Positions 17,618-27,444 are shown, counted from the first letter of the stretch. The stretch is DNA of 64,000 nt from Dehalococcoidia bacterium (GCA_965204975.1 OZ242024.1:2059934-2123933); one strand, 5' to 3'. Numbers and translations are program-made. Notes: generated by a model from the sequence alone, not told the origin.

Positions 17618-18313
17618 TTGAAGACCATGTATAACGAGCCTGTATTTCGGGCGGCGGGGGACCAGGCGGTGCTCGTGGAGCTTGGGGACGAGATCAGCCC
17701 CGGGACGAACGCGCGGGTGCACAGCCTGGCGCGGGCCATCGAGGAGGCGGGCGTCGACGGCGTGGTCGACCTCATACCGGCATACGACAGCCTACTCGTC
17801 CAGTACAACGCCACGGCCGTGTCGATGGAAGACCTGCAGACGCGGATCGTAGAGCTCGACTCGAAGCGAGTGCAGTCGGCAGAAGGCGGCAGGGTCGTGG
17901 AGCTGCCCGTGCTGTACGGCGGGGAGCACGGCCCGGACATCGAGCGGGTAGCCGAGCACGCGGGAATGAGCGTGGACGAGGTGATCGGGCTGCACTCGGG
18001 CACCGACTACCTGGTTTACATGCTGGGCTTCACGCCGGGCTTTCCGTACCTGGGAGGGCTGGACGACCGGCTGGCCACGCCAAGGGTCGCGACGCCGCGG
18101 CTGGAGATCCCCGGCGGCTCGGTTGGGATCGCCGAGTCGCAGACGGGCGTATATCCCCTGACGAGCCCCGGCGGCTGGAACATCATCGGCAGGACGCCGC
18201 TATCGCTGTTCGACCCGACGCGGGAGCCTCCGTCGCTGCTCGCCCCGGGCGACAAGGTCCGGTTCGTTCCCCTGGACGGCCCCGAGGAGTACGCAGGGAT
18301 GGCCGAAGGATGA
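17618..18313 (+). CDS. pxpB: 5-oxoprolinase subunit B (KipI / allophanate hydrolase subunit 1 family)
   Basis: GFTPGFPYLGGLD and GSVGIAESQTGVYP motifs. Its stop overlaps the pxpC start. Confidence 0.9.
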   Translation: MKTMYNEPVFRAAGDQAVLVELGDEISPGTNARVHSLARAIEEAGVDGVVDLIPAYDSLLVQYNATAVSMEDLQTRIVELDSKRVQSAEGGRVVELPVLYGGEHGPDIERVAEHAGMSVDEVIGLHSGTDYLVYMLGFTPGFPYLGGLDDRLATPRVATPRLEIPGGSVGIAESQTGVYPLTSPGGWNIIGRTPLSLFDPTREPPSLLAPGDKVRFVPLDGPEEYAGMAEG

Positions 18314-19428
18314 GCCCGGCGATTACTGTCGTAGAGCCGGGCCTGTTCACGACGGTGCAGGACCTCGGGCGATACGGGTACCAGCGGTACGGCGTGCCGG
18401 TGTCGGGGGCGATGGACCCGTTCGCGCTGCGGGCCGCGAACCTGCTGGCAGGGAACGACGAGGACGCCGCCGCGCTGGAGATGACGGTGATCGGCCCTAC
18501 GCTGGAGTTCGAGGGCGACACGGTCGTCGCGGTGACCGGGGCCGACCTGACGGCGATGCTGGACGGCTCTCCCCTGCCCCGCTGGGAGGCGGTCCGCGTG
18601 ACGGCAGGGAGCAGGCTCTCGTTCCACGGGATGGCGGACGGCATCCGGGGCTACCTGGCCGTTTCGGGCGGCATAGACGTCCCCGAGGTGATGGGCAGCC
18701 GGTCGACGTACGTGAAGGGCGGATTCGGCGGGCTGAACGGTTCAGCTCTTTCCGCCAGCGACGTGCTCGGCACCATGGAGCAGTCGGGCCCGGCGCGGGC
18801 CTTCCCTCCTGACTTCCAGGCGCCCGTATACGGGACGGAGCACGAGCTGCGGGTGATACTGGGTCCGCAGGACGAGGCGTTCGACGACGAGGCCGTATCC
18901 ACACTGCTGGGATCGACGTTCACCGTGTCGCTGGACTCGGACCGTATGGGGTACCGGCTGGAGGGGCCGCAGATAGCGCACAAGGGGTCGCCTGACATCA
19001 TCTCGGAGGGCAACGCGCCGGGGGCAGTGCAGGTTTCCGGCGACGGCGTCCCGACCGTGCTGATGGCGGACAGGGGCACGACGGGGGGCTACACGAAGCT
19101 GGCCGCGGTCATCACGGCTGACGTGGGCCGGCTGGCGCAGGCGGTGCCGGGCGAGTCGGTGAGGTTCACCGTCGTGAGCCAGGACGAGGCCGTGGCGGCG
19201 CTGGAGGAGCAGGAGGCGATTCTCGCGGCCATAGACGGAGTCCCGGCTGCCCCGGCGTTACCCGTCACGGTGGTGGTGGACGGCGAGGCGCTGGAGGTGG
19301 TCGGCGAGGACGGAGAGCCCGTCACGGCGAGTGAGGGACCCTCGCGGACGCAGAGGGCCACGGCCGTGGTGAAGGGCCTGACGTACAGCTTCGACGTAGA
19401 GGTCCGGACGGACGCCATCGCCGAATGA
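18310..19428 (+). CDS. pxpC: 5-oxoprolinase subunit C (KipA / allophanate hydrolase subunit 2 family) with a ~65-aa C-terminal extension
   Basis: GAMDPFALRAANLLAGN, DRMGYRLEG, GAVQVSGDGVPTVLMADRGTTGGY. 372 aa against a usual ~310-335 aa. Confidence 0.9.
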   Translation: MSPAITVVEPGLFTTVQDLGRYGYQRYGVPVSGAMDPFALRAANLLAGNDEDAAALEMTVIGPTLEFEGDTVVAVTGADLTAMLDGSPLPRWEAVRVTAGSRLSFHGMADGIRGYLAVSGGIDVPEVMGSRSTYVKGGFGGLNGSALSASDVLGTMEQSGPARAFPPDFQAPVYGTEHELRVILGPQDEAFDDEAVSTLLGSTFTVSLDSDRMGYRLEGPQIAHKGSPDIISEGNAPGAVQVSGDGVPTVLMADRGTTGGYTKLAAVITADVGRLAQAVPGESVRFTVVSQDEAVAALEEQEAILAAIDGVPAAPALPVTVVVDGEALEVVGEDGEPVTASEGPSRTQRATAVVKGLTYSFDVEVRTDAIAE

Positions 19429-20048
19429 CCGAGTGGCTGCACGACCTGGCCGACTGGACGGTCGCCTTTGCCGACAGCGACTGGGCAATCGGAATGCTGG
19501 CGCTCGTGTCCTTCTCCGAGGCGATCTTCTTCCCTGTGCCGCCCGACCCGCTGCTCATGGGCATTGCACTGGTCCAGCAGCCGCTCGCGCTTTGGCTCGC
19601 GCTGCTGGTGACGGTGTCGTCGGTGGCAGGGGCGCTGGTGGGCCACTGGCTGGGACGGCGGCTGGGCAGGCCCATCCTCGACCGGCTGTTCTCGGAGAGC
19701 AAGGTCATGGCGGCTGAGAGGTGGCTCGGGCGGTACGGGGTCTGGGCAACGGTGCTTGCCGCGTTCACCCCGATTCCCTACAAGGTGTTCGCGGTCACCG
19801 CCGGCGTGCTGGACCTGGACAGGCGCAGCTTCGCGCTGGCGTCTCTGGCGGGCCGGGGCGCGAGGTTCCTGACGATAGGGGCGCTGGTGATGCTCTTCGG
19901 CGAGGAGATACAGGAGTTCATCACCGGCAACTTCGAGATGCTGACGATTGCCGGAGGCCTGGCCGTAGTCGCGCTGGCGGTCGCGTGGCACCTGTTCCAC
20001 CGGCTGCGGGGCCGACGCGAAGAGGTCAGTGGCGAGGGGATGCCGTGA
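19425..20048 (+). CDS. YqaA/DedA-like membrane protein
   Basis: Four predicted TM segments. SEAIFFPVPPDPLL motif. ATGA overlap with pxpC. Confidence 0.8.
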   Translation: MTEWLHDLADWTVAFADSDWAIGMLALVSFSEAIFFPVPPDPLLMGIALVQQPLALWLALLVTVSSVAGALVGHWLGRRLGRPILDRLFSESKVMAAERWLGRYGVWATVLAAFTPIPYKVFAVTAGVLDLDRRSFALASLAGRGARFLTIGALVMLFGEEIQEFITGNFEMLTIAGGLAVVALAVAWHLFHRLRGRREEVSGEGMP

Positions 20049-21148
20049 TATTCGACTCGCACGTCTACTGCTTCCTGCCCGCCGATTCGCCGAGGGGATA
20101 CGCCGACGGGGCCGAGCACCTGCGCTGGGTGCAGGCGGCCAACGCCGGGCACCACCAGCCCGCTTTCCACACGCGCGACAGGGCGCCCGGCCCTTCCGAC
20201 GTGCTCGCGCCCGGCGGGCGTGATCTGGGGAGCCTGCCCGACCTGGGTTTCCACGTCGACCACGAGCGGGGCCGCGTTGCGTGGGAGTACGAGGGCGAGG
20301 AGTACACCAAGCACTTCTACCCGCCTGCGCTGACCGGGTGCGAGTTCTCGCCCCACAGCCTGATCGGCGAGATGGACTACGCGGGCGTAGACATGGCCCT
20401 GATCCACACGGACCCGATGCTGGTGCGCGACAGCAGCTACCTGGCGGAGTGCATCGCGCTCTACCCCGACAGGCTCCGCGCGATGGCGCCGGTCGAGGAG
20501 TGGAGGCTGCTGGACGACACGGACGCGGTCATCGAGGAGGTCACGCGGGCCATCCGGGTGTACGGGCTCCACGCGATCAAGTTCAACCCGTTCGGCTACA
20601 CGGTCAGCAGCGAGCCGTGGGACGGCGGCAGCTACGAGCCGTTCTGGGACGCCGTGACTGAGCTCGGTGTGCCGGTGTTCTTCACGCTCGGCTCAGGGCC
20701 GGAGTCGGGGCCCAGCGGGCGCGAGGGCTACCTGGCCGAGCTGCGGGTGCTGATGCGGTGGATGGAGCGCTACCCGGACGCGGTGTGCAGCCTGACCCAC
20801 GGATTCCCCTGGCGGGACTTCCTCTACGGCGACTCGATCGTGCTGCCGGACGACGTGTGGGAGCCGTTCAAGGGCGACCGGTGCAACCTGGAGGTGTGCT
20901 TCCCCGTGCGGCTGGGCGACCTCTTCGACTTCCCGTACAGGGAGGTGTGGCCGACGCTGGAGGCCATGGTGCGGAACATCGGCGCCGACCACCTGCTATG
21001 GGGGACGGACATGCCATTCCAGAACCGGTTCTGCACATACCGGCAGTCCCGCCGGTGGATCGAGGCGTACTGCGATTTTCTCGGTGAGAGCGAGTTGCGT
21101 ATGATCATGGGAGAGACGACGGCGCGGATTCTGGGGGAGAGTTGTTAG
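20045..21148 (+). CDS. Amidohydrolase-2 family metal-dependent hydrolase (TIM barrel)
   Basis: The GTG at 20045 overlaps the preceding stop (GTGA). N-terminus IFDSHVY; C-terminus WGTDMPF. The upstream part of the track ORF (from 19721) runs antisense-frame through yqaA. Confidence 0.82.
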   Translation: MIFDSHVYCFLPADSPRGYADGAEHLRWVQAANAGHHQPAFHTRDRAPGPSDVLAPGGRDLGSLPDLGFHVDHERGRVAWEYEGEEYTKHFYPPALTGCEFSPHSLIGEMDYAGVDMALIHTDPMLVRDSSYLAECIALYPDRLRAMAPVEEWRLLDDTDAVIEEVTRAIRVYGLHAIKFNPFGYTVSSEPWDGGSYEPFWDAVTELGVPVFFTLGSGPESGPSGREGYLAELRVLMRWMERYPDAVCSLTHGFPWRDFLYGDSIVLPDDVWEPFKGDRCNLEVCFPVRLGDLFDFPYREVWPTLEAMVRNIGADHLLWGTDMPFQNRFCTYRQSRRWIEAYCDFLGESELRMIMGETTARILGESC

Positions 21149-21170
21149 TTGTTGGTTGTTAGTCCTTAGT
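21141..21170. repeat. Low-complexity TTAGTT-type repeat, left flank of the four-helix-bundle gene
   Basis: gttgttagttgttggttgttagtccttagt. It is an imperfect inverted partner of 21547-21582. Confidence 0.75.
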
Positions 21171-21530
21171 ATGGAGCGGGCTAGGAGTTACCGGGACCTG
21201 GTCGTTTGGCAGCGGTCAATGGCACTTGTGCGGGTGGTCTATACTTCCACGCGCACGTTTCCGAAGGAGGAGATGTATGGCATCACCTCGCAGATCAGGC
21301 GGGCTGGTGTTTCGATACCGGCAAACATAGCTGAGGGCCAGGCGAGAAACACGAAAGGAGAGTTCGTTCAGTTCATTGGGATTGCACGCGGCTCACTAGC
21401 AGAGTTGGTGACGCTGCTCGAGATATCAAGGGACTTGGGTTACGTCACTCCTACAAATGCGGGAGACCTGCTCAACAGGTGCGGAGAAGTCGGCAAGCTG
21501 TTGGCGGGACTCAAGAGGTCACTGGAATGA
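21171..21530 (+). CDS. Four-helix-bundle protein (23S rRNA intervening-sequence protein family)
   Basis: SYRDLVVWQRS, SIPANIAEGQAR and ARGSLAEL are the hallmark motifs of this family. GC is visibly lower than in the neighbours. Confidence 0.9.
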   Translation: MERARSYRDLVVWQRSMALVRVVYTSTRTFPKEEMYGITSQIRRAGVSIPANIAEGQARNTKGEFVQFIGIARGSLAELVTLLEISRDLGYVTPTNAGDLLNRCGEVGKLLAGLKRSLE

Positions 21531-21546
21531 CCTGCACTCACAAGTG

Positions 21547-21582
21547 AGAACTAAGAACCAAGAACTAACAACTAAGAACTGA
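21547..21582. repeat. Low-complexity AACTAA-type repeat, right flank of the four-helix-bundle gene
   Basis: gagaactaagaaccaagaactaacaactaagaactg. Confidence 0.75.
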
Positions 21583-21585
21583 GCC

Positions 21586-22557
21586 ATGGAATATGTACGG
21601 CTGGGTAGCTCCGGCGTAAAGGTTTCGAGGATTGCCCTGGGGTTGGGGTTCAGGGGGCAGTCGTCGGTTTACAGGGCGAGGCGGCTCATCGAGCACGCTA
21701 TCGACTCGGGCGTGAACTTCATCGATTGCGCGAACTTCTACAGGGTGATCGGCGGGCCTCTCTCGGAAGATGTCGTGAAGCCGGTGCTCAGGAAGAGGCG
21801 CGACGAGGTGGTGCTCACGTCGAAGGTCTACGGGCACGTAGGGCCCGGCCCGAACGACGGCGGCAGCAACAGGTACCACATCCTCTCGCAGGTCGAGCGG
21901 TCGCTGAAGAGGCTCGGCACCGACCACCTGGACATCTACCTGCTCCACCAGTTCGACGACGAGACCCCTGTCGAGGAGACGGTGAGGGCGCTGGACGACC
22001 TGGTGACGTCGGGCAAGACGCGGTACATCGGCGCGTGCAACTTCAAAGCATGGCAGGTGTGCAAGTTCCTGTGGACGGCGGACAGGGTGGGCGCGGACCC
22101 GCTGGTCACGATCCAGAACCCGTACAGCCTGCTGAACCGGTCGCTCGAGACGGAGATGTTCGGGCTGCTGCGTGACCAGGGGCTGGGAGCGATGGCCTTC
22201 AGCCCGCTGGGGGCTGGGCTGCTGAGCGGTCTGTACACGCCGGGCGAGCCACCCCCGCCTGATTCGCTGTGGGCGTCGAAAGATCCGGAGCGGTACGACC
22301 GCTCGTTCGCCGGGCAGGGCCCGGGGATCATCGCTGAGCTCCGCGACATCGCGGCAGACAGGGGCGTGACGCCGGGCCAGGTGGCCCTGAACTGGGTGAT
22401 GTCGAAGCCGGAGATCACGGTCGCGATATCGGGCAACGACACGATCGAGCAGCTCGACGAGAACCTGGGTGCGGTCGGCTGGGGCCTTTGCGACGAGGAG
22501 ATGGAGCGGCTGGACCGGGCATCGAAGGGCACGGCCGTCAGCTTCGTGAACCTGTAG
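21586..22557 (+). CDS. Aldo/keto reductase
   Basis: GVNFIDCANFY, LDIYLLHQFD, YIGACNF. 323 aa. Confidence 0.93.
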   Translation: MEYVRLGSSGVKVSRIALGLGFRGQSSVYRARRLIEHAIDSGVNFIDCANFYRVIGGPLSEDVVKPVLRKRRDEVVLTSKVYGHVGPGPNDGGSNRYHILSQVERSLKRLGTDHLDIYLLHQFDDETPVEETVRALDDLVTSGKTRYIGACNFKAWQVCKFLWTADRVGADPLVTIQNPYSLLNRSLETEMFGLLRDQGLGAMAFSPLGAGLLSGLYTPGEPPPPDSLWASKDPERYDRSFAGQGPGIIAELRDIAADRGVTPGQVALNWVMSKPEITVAISGNDTIEQLDENLGAVGWGLCDEEMERLDRASKGTAVSFVNL

Positions 22558-22563
22558 GCCGTG

Positions 22564-23469
22564 TCAGCGGAGGGAGATCGTCGCTATACCAGCGACTATG
22601 AGGATGGTGGCGGCGGCCTTGACCGTGATGGCGCGGGGGTTTACCTGCTCGCCGAGCATTCCTCGGAACTGCAGTCCCAGCAGGGTGCTGTAGAGGAGCA
22701 GGAATAGCGAGGAGCTGGCCGAGAGGGCGGTGACCAGGGACACGGGGCCCAGCGCGGTCGCCCATAGGTTCAGGACCATCCCTGTGTTGACGACAAGGAA
22801 CTCGTTTACGCCGAACACCGCCAGGGCCGGGCTCCTGTACCTGACCATCCTGCGAAGCTCGAGAACGGGCTCCATGCGTGCGGTGAAGGCCAGCAGGACG
22901 ATGGAGACTCCTATGGACCGGAGCGCGTGCACCATGAACACCGACAGCGTGTCCAGCGCCTGCTTGGCCGCCAGGTTCATCCCCGCCATCAGGAGGCTCG
23001 CGCCGAGGAGCTGGTAGAAGGAGCTGTCGATGGCGAAGCCGCGGCCCCCGGCGTCCTGTCGCACCGAAATCAGCACCGCGCCGAGTACCGTCACGAGTAT
23101 GGCGGCCCAGTCCAGCAGCCTCAGGCTCTCGTCAAGGAACAGGACGGCGGCCGGCGCGACGAAGATGGGGAAGGTCTGGACGATGGGGATGGTGCGCGAC
23201 ACTTCCCGCCTTGCCATCACACGGAAGAACACGACCGCGCTCAGTCCGCCGAACAGCCCGGCGGCCAGCCCCCAAAGCGCAGAGGCGAGCGTCAGGTCGT
23301 CCAGGGGCGAAAGGGCCGCGAAGACGGCGGCAATGGGTATGTGGCTGACGCCTATGAGGAAGGGGAGGGTCCGTAGGGACCGGGCGTAGTGGTGTATGAA
23401 GGCCTTGTCGAGGACGCCGACGAGGCCCAGCACGACGGCGCCGAGGAGGGTGATGGTTATCCAGGACAA
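22564..23469 (-). CDS. EamA/DMT family transporter
   Basis: 301 aa with about 10 hydrophobic helices in two repeats. Confidence 0.85.
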   Translation of the reverse strand: MSWITITLLGAVVLGLVGVLDKAFIHHYARSLRTLPFLIGVSHIPIAAVFAALSPLDDLTLASALWGLAAGLFGGLSAVVFFRVMARREVSRTIPIVQTFPIFVAPAAVLFLDESLRLLDWAAILVTVLGAVLISVRQDAGGRGFAIDSSFYQLLGASLLMAGMNLAAKQALDTLSVFMVHALRSIGVSIVLLAFTARMEPVLELRRMVRYRSPALAVFGVNEFLVVNTGMVLNLWATALGPVSLVTALSASSSLFLLLYSTLLGLQFRGMLGEQVNPRAITVKAAATILIVAGIATISLR

Positions 23470-23549
23470 GTACGGCTCCGGTTTGGGTGGGTGGCGGACT
23501 CTCGAGACTGTCCCGAGACTGCCCGCACTGCATGAGCACTGTCCTTCGA

Positions 23550-23715
23550 CCCTTCGGCGAGCTCAGGGAGAACCGGGCTTGTGGCTAACGTGAGGATCCT
23601 CGCTCTCCTTCGCCTTCGGGGCCTTGAAGTAGGCCGTCTCGGGACTGTCAGAATCGGCATATCACTGCCCTTCGACCCTTCGACAAGCTCAGGAGAGCCA
23701 AGCTCAGGGCGAACG
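23550..23715. repeat. Cluster of Family C repeats
   Basis: cccttcggcgagctcaggg (23550-23568), cccttcgacaagctcagg (23676-23693), agctcagggcgaacg (23701-23715). Confidence 0.75.
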
Positions 23716-23836
23716 TGCTTGCCCCGGCCCTCTTCTCGCAACCGACTGCGGGGGCGTGTATGCTTTTGCCCGGCTGCGGGAGCACCGCATTATACATCGG
23801 GGTATCCCAATTTCGGCTCCCCGCATTGGTGAACAT

Positions 23837-26800
23837 ATGAACACACACGACGAACCCACCCCAAGTCTGCCTGCCCAGCGTCTCGAGGCTATGCACTGGC
23901 GGTGCATCGGGCCGTTTCGGGGCGGTCGGGTGGTGGCGGTGGCCGGGCATCCCGTGGAGCGCGGGGTCTTCTACTTCGGGGCTTGCGGCGGCGGGGTGTG
24001 GAAGACGGAGGATGGCGGGACCTACTGGGAGAACGTGTCCGACGGCTACTTCGAGACGGCGTCGGTGGGTGCGATTGCGGTGTCGCAGTCGGACCCGAAC
24101 GTGGTGTACGCAGGCACGGGCGAGGCCTGCATCAGGGGCAACGTCTCGCACGGGGACGGCGTGTACCGGTCGACAGACGGCGGTCGCACCTGGCGGAACG
24201 TGGGCCTGCGCGACACTCGCCACATCGCGCGGGTGCGGATTCACCCATCGGACCCCGACGTGGCGTACGTCGGGGTGCTCGGGCACGCGTTCGGCCCCAA
24301 CGACGAGCGCGGGGTCTTCCGCACGACGGACGGCGGCGAGAGCTGGGAGCGCGTGCTGGATCGAGGCGAGAGGGCAGGGGCCGCCGACCTGTGCATGGAT
24401 CCCGGCAACCCGCGGGTACTCTACGCGGCGATGTGGGAGACGCTGCGGCAGCCGTGGAGCTTCACGAGCGGCGGGCCCGGCAGCGGCATCTTCCGGTCGA
24501 CCGACGGCGGAGACACGTGGGACGACCTGACCTGCAACCCCGGCCTGCCCGAGGGCGTGAGGGGGCGCATCGGAGTCGCGGTCTCGCCGGCGAGGCCCGG
24601 GCGCGTGTGGGCAATCGTCGAGGCGGAGGAGGGCGGGCTGTTCCGCTCGGACGACGGGGGCGAGACGTGGCAGCATCTCACCGCCGACGCAAACCTGATC
24701 CAGCGGCCCTGGTACTACTGCCACGTCTTCGCGGACCCTCGGGACGAGAACACAGTGTGGGTGCTGAACCTGAAGGCGTGGAAGTCGACGGACGGCGGGA
24801 GCACCTTCGAACAGGTGACGACGCCCCACGGCGACAACCACGACCTGTGGATCGACCCGAATGACACGAACCGAATGATCGAGGGGAACGACGGCGGCGC
24901 GTGCGTGTCGTTCAACGGCGGCGAGTCGTGGTCGTCGATATACAACCAGCCCACCGCACAGTTTTACCACGTGGTGACCGACGACCGGTTCCCGTTCCGT
25001 GCCTACGGGACGCAGCAGGACAACACGGCCGTCAGCGTTCCGAACCGCTCCATCAAGGGGGCCATCGAGTGGCGGGAGTGCGAGCGGGTGGGGAACTCGG
25101 AGTCGGGGCACATTGCCGTGAAGCACGGCGACCCTGACGTGGTGTACTCGGGTACGCCGACGCATGGCGGCGAGTTCCTGCTGCGGCACGACCGGCGCAC
25201 GGAGCAGGTGCGCGTCATCACGCCGTGGCCGGAGTTCAACTGGGGCTACGGGGTGAAGCACCACAAGTACCGCTTCCAGTGGACCTACCCGATCGTCGCG
25301 TCCCGCCACGACCCGGTCGTGCTGTACGTCGCGGCGAACGTGGTGCTGAGGTCGCTGGACGATGGTACGAGCTGGGAGGAGATCAGCCCTGACCTGACGC
25401 GGGCCGACGAGACGAAGATGGAGGCTGCGGGCGGCCCGATCACCATCGACACGACAGGTGTGGAGCACTACGGCACCATATTCGCGCTGGCCGAATCGCC
25501 CCTGGACGCGGACACGCTGTGGGCGGGCTCGGACGACGGGCTGGTGCACCTGACGACGAACGGGGGCGCGAGCTGGCGCAACGTGACGCCGCCGGACATG
25601 CCCGAATGGGCGACCGTCAGCACCATCGACCCGTCGCCGCACGACGTCGGAACGGCGTACATGGCCGTCACGCGGTACAAGCTGGACGACTACGCGCCGC
25701 TGCTGTACCGCACGACGGACCAGGGGAGGACGTGGACGCGAATCTCGGACGGCATCAGGCCGGGCGACTTCACGCGGGTCGTCAGGGCCGACGTGGTGCG
25801 CCCGGGGCTGCTGTACGCGGGCACGGAGACGGGCATCTACGTGTCGTTCGACGACGGCGAGACGTGGCAGACGCTCCAGCTCGACCTGCCGGTCGCCCCG
25901 GTCCACGACATCTCGGCCAGGGAGAGCGAGCTGGCGGTCGCGACGCACGGGCGGTCGTTCTGGGTGCTCGACGACCTGGCATACCTGAGGCAGGCCGACG
26001 AGCCGGACGGCGGCGCGCGCCTATTCAGGCCCGCCGACACGTACCGTATACCGCCGCTGAAGGGGTTGCACGTGTCGATGCCTGGCAAGACCTACGGGTA
26101 TGGGGCCGCGGAGCAGGCGACGCATCTGGCTGGCGGCCACAGGGACGGGCCGCGCTTCCTGGACGCGGGCGAGAACCCGCCGGACGGCGTCGTGCTCCGC
26201 TACGAGCTGCCGGAGGACGCCGGCGAGGTCGGGCTGGAGATTCGCGACTCCTCACGACTGCTGGTGAGGGCTTTCTCGTCCAGTCCTGCCAGGGAGCCGG
26301 AACCCGGAGCGCCGGATGAGGCTGCGCTGCCGTCGGACCCGGGTGTCAACGTGTTCGAGTGGGACTTGAGGTACCCCGGCGCGGTGGGAGTGCCGGGCGC
26401 GGGCGCGGCGGACAAGGGGCTGCTGGGCCCGCTGGCGGTACCCGGCAGGTACGAGGCGCGGCTGACGGTCGGGGGCGATGTGATCCCGCAGCCGTTCGAG
26501 CTTCTGGGGGACCCGAGGAGCGGCGCGTCAACCGGCGACCTGCAGGCGCAGCGAAACCTCCTCCTGCGAATCAGGGACCGGCGCACGGAGCTGAGCCGGG
26601 CGGTGCACGAGGCCCGCGCGATTCGCGAGCAGGTGCGGGAGTGGAGAGAGCGGGCGTCGTCCGGCGAGCAATTAGAGGCAGTGGTGGAGGCAGCGGAGGG
26701 CATCGTGAAGGCGCTCGACGGAGTCGAGGAGTCGCTGGTGCAGCTCAAGGCGGACGGGCAGTTGGGCGGGATCTCGCACGAGGCGCGGCTCGACGCCAAG

Positions 26801-26989
26801 CTGGCCGAGCTCACAGTAGTGGTGTCGTCGGGCGACCACCCGCCGACGAGCCAGGCATACGAGGTATTCGACGAGATGTCCGAGCGGCTCGATGGGGTAC
26901 TGGCGAAGCTGGAGCGAGTTAGGGACGAGGATGTGGGGAGATTCAGCGCACTGATCGGGGATCTTGGCGTGCCGGCGATAGGGGCTTAA
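23837..26989 (+). CDS. BNR/Asp-box repeat, double beta-propeller protein, paralog 2
   Basis: Roughly 65% identical by eye to 9041-12178 over the aligned N-terminal ~400 aa. It has the same Asp-box series (TEDGGTYW, STDGGRTW, TTDGGESW, STDGGDTW, SDDGGETW, STDGGSTF ...). Start at ATG 23837. Confidence 0.9.
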   Translation: MNTHDEPTPSLPAQRLEAMHWRCIGPFRGGRVVAVAGHPVERGVFYFGACGGGVWKTEDGGTYWENVSDGYFETASVGAIAVSQSDPNVVYAGTGEACIRGNVSHGDGVYRSTDGGRTWRNVGLRDTRHIARVRIHPSDPDVAYVGVLGHAFGPNDERGVFRTTDGGESWERVLDRGERAGAADLCMDPGNPRVLYAAMWETLRQPWSFTSGGPGSGIFRSTDGGDTWDDLTCNPGLPEGVRGRIGVAVSPARPGRVWAIVEAEEGGLFRSDDGGETWQHLTADANLIQRPWYYCHVFADPRDENTVWVLNLKAWKSTDGGSTFEQVTTPHGDNHDLWIDPNDTNRMIEGNDGGACVSFNGGESWSSIYNQPTAQFYHVVTDDRFPFRAYGTQQDNTAVSVPNRSIKGAIEWRECERVGNSESGHIAVKHGDPDVVYSGTPTHGGEFLLRHDRRTEQVRVITPWPEFNWGYGVKHHKYRFQWTYPIVASRHDPVVLYVAANVVLRSLDDGTSWEEISPDLTRADETKMEAAGGPITIDTTGVEHYGTIFALAESPLDADTLWAGSDDGLVHLTTNGGASWRNVTPPDMPEWATVSTIDPSPHDVGTAYMAVTRYKLDDYAPLLYRTTDQGRTWTRISDGIRPGDFTRVVRADVVRPGLLYAGTETGIYVSFDDGETWQTLQLDLPVAPVHDISARESELAVATHGRSFWVLDDLAYLRQADEPDGGARLFRPADTYRIPPLKGLHVSMPGKTYGYGAAEQATHLAGGHRDGPRFLDAGENPPDGVVLRYELPEDAGEVGLEIRDSSRLLVRAFSSSPAREPEPGAPDEAALPSDPGVNVFEWDLRYPGAVGVPGAGAADKGLLGPLAVPGRYEARLTVGGDVIPQPFELLGDPRSGASTGDLQAQRNLLLRIRDRRTELSRAVHEARAIREQVREWRERASSGEQLEAVVEAAEGIVKALDGVEESLVQLKADGQLGGISHEARLDAKLAELTVVVSSGDHPPTSQAYEVFDEMSERLDGVLAKLERVRDEDVGRFSALIGDLGVPAIGA

Positions 26990-26993
26990 GCTC

Positions 26994-27029
26994 CCGCTAC
27001 AGGCTGGATGTATCCGGCTGCTGTAGCGG
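26994..27029 (+). terminator. Hairpin CCGCTACAG-N18-CTGTAGCGG after BNR paralog 2
   Basis: A 9-bp stem 5 nt after the stop. It is followed by TTGACA at 27036-27041, a possible -35 for the next gene. Confidence 0.45.
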
Positions 27030-27081
27030 TCGAGGTTGACACCGTGTTGGGGCGTGGGTAGTCTGCCCGCCGGTAAAGGAG

Positions 27082-27321
27082 GTGCCGGTGATGCGCATGT
27101 CGACGGTGTTGTCGCTCATCAACATGAAGGTGGTGTTCCTGCTCGTTGGGGCGTTCTTCGTGGTGCTGGCGGTCATGAACTGGCTTGGGGTGCTGGGGGA
27201 CTGGTACTACCTGGACACGGGCAGCATCGCCCAGGCGCAGCTCGTGTACATCCAGATGACGCACTGGGTGCTGGTCGGCGCGTTAGGGTTGGGGATGATC
27301 GTGTACGGCAGCCGGATCTAG
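27082..27321 (+). CDS. Small hypothetical membrane protein (2-3 TM)
   Basis: 79 aa. AAGGAGG lies 8 nt upstream. Hydrophobic segments VVFLLVGAFFVVLAV and WVLVGALGLGMIVY. Confidence 0.6.
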   Translation: MPVMRMSTVLSLINMKVVFLLVGAFFVVLAVMNWLGVLGDWYYLDTGSIAQAQLVYIQMTHWVLVGALGLGMIVYGSRI

Positions 27322-27373
27322 TGAACCGATATCTGGAATGACGGCGGATACACGAGCACATCTGGCACTCTGC

Positions 27374-27395
27374 GGGCGGACCCATGTGTCCGCCC
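27374..27395. terminator. Hairpin GGGCGGAC-ccatgt-GTCCGCCC between convergent genes
   Basis: 8-bp GC stem with no clear U-tract on either strand. Confidence 0.3.
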
Positions 27396-27444
27396 CTACC
27401 AAGATCGTAGACTCGTTACCCTTAGATGGTAGAGTGCTAGTCTA

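Noticed and set aside
23648-25948. 766-aa antisense ORF, plus many other long shadow ORFs (for example 1166-2248, 13705-15009, 14956-16197, 57331-58455, 52859-54307)
   Set aside because: These are typical high-GC antisense or off-frame ORFs, rich in R/P/G/A. Each overlaps a gene with clear family motifs.
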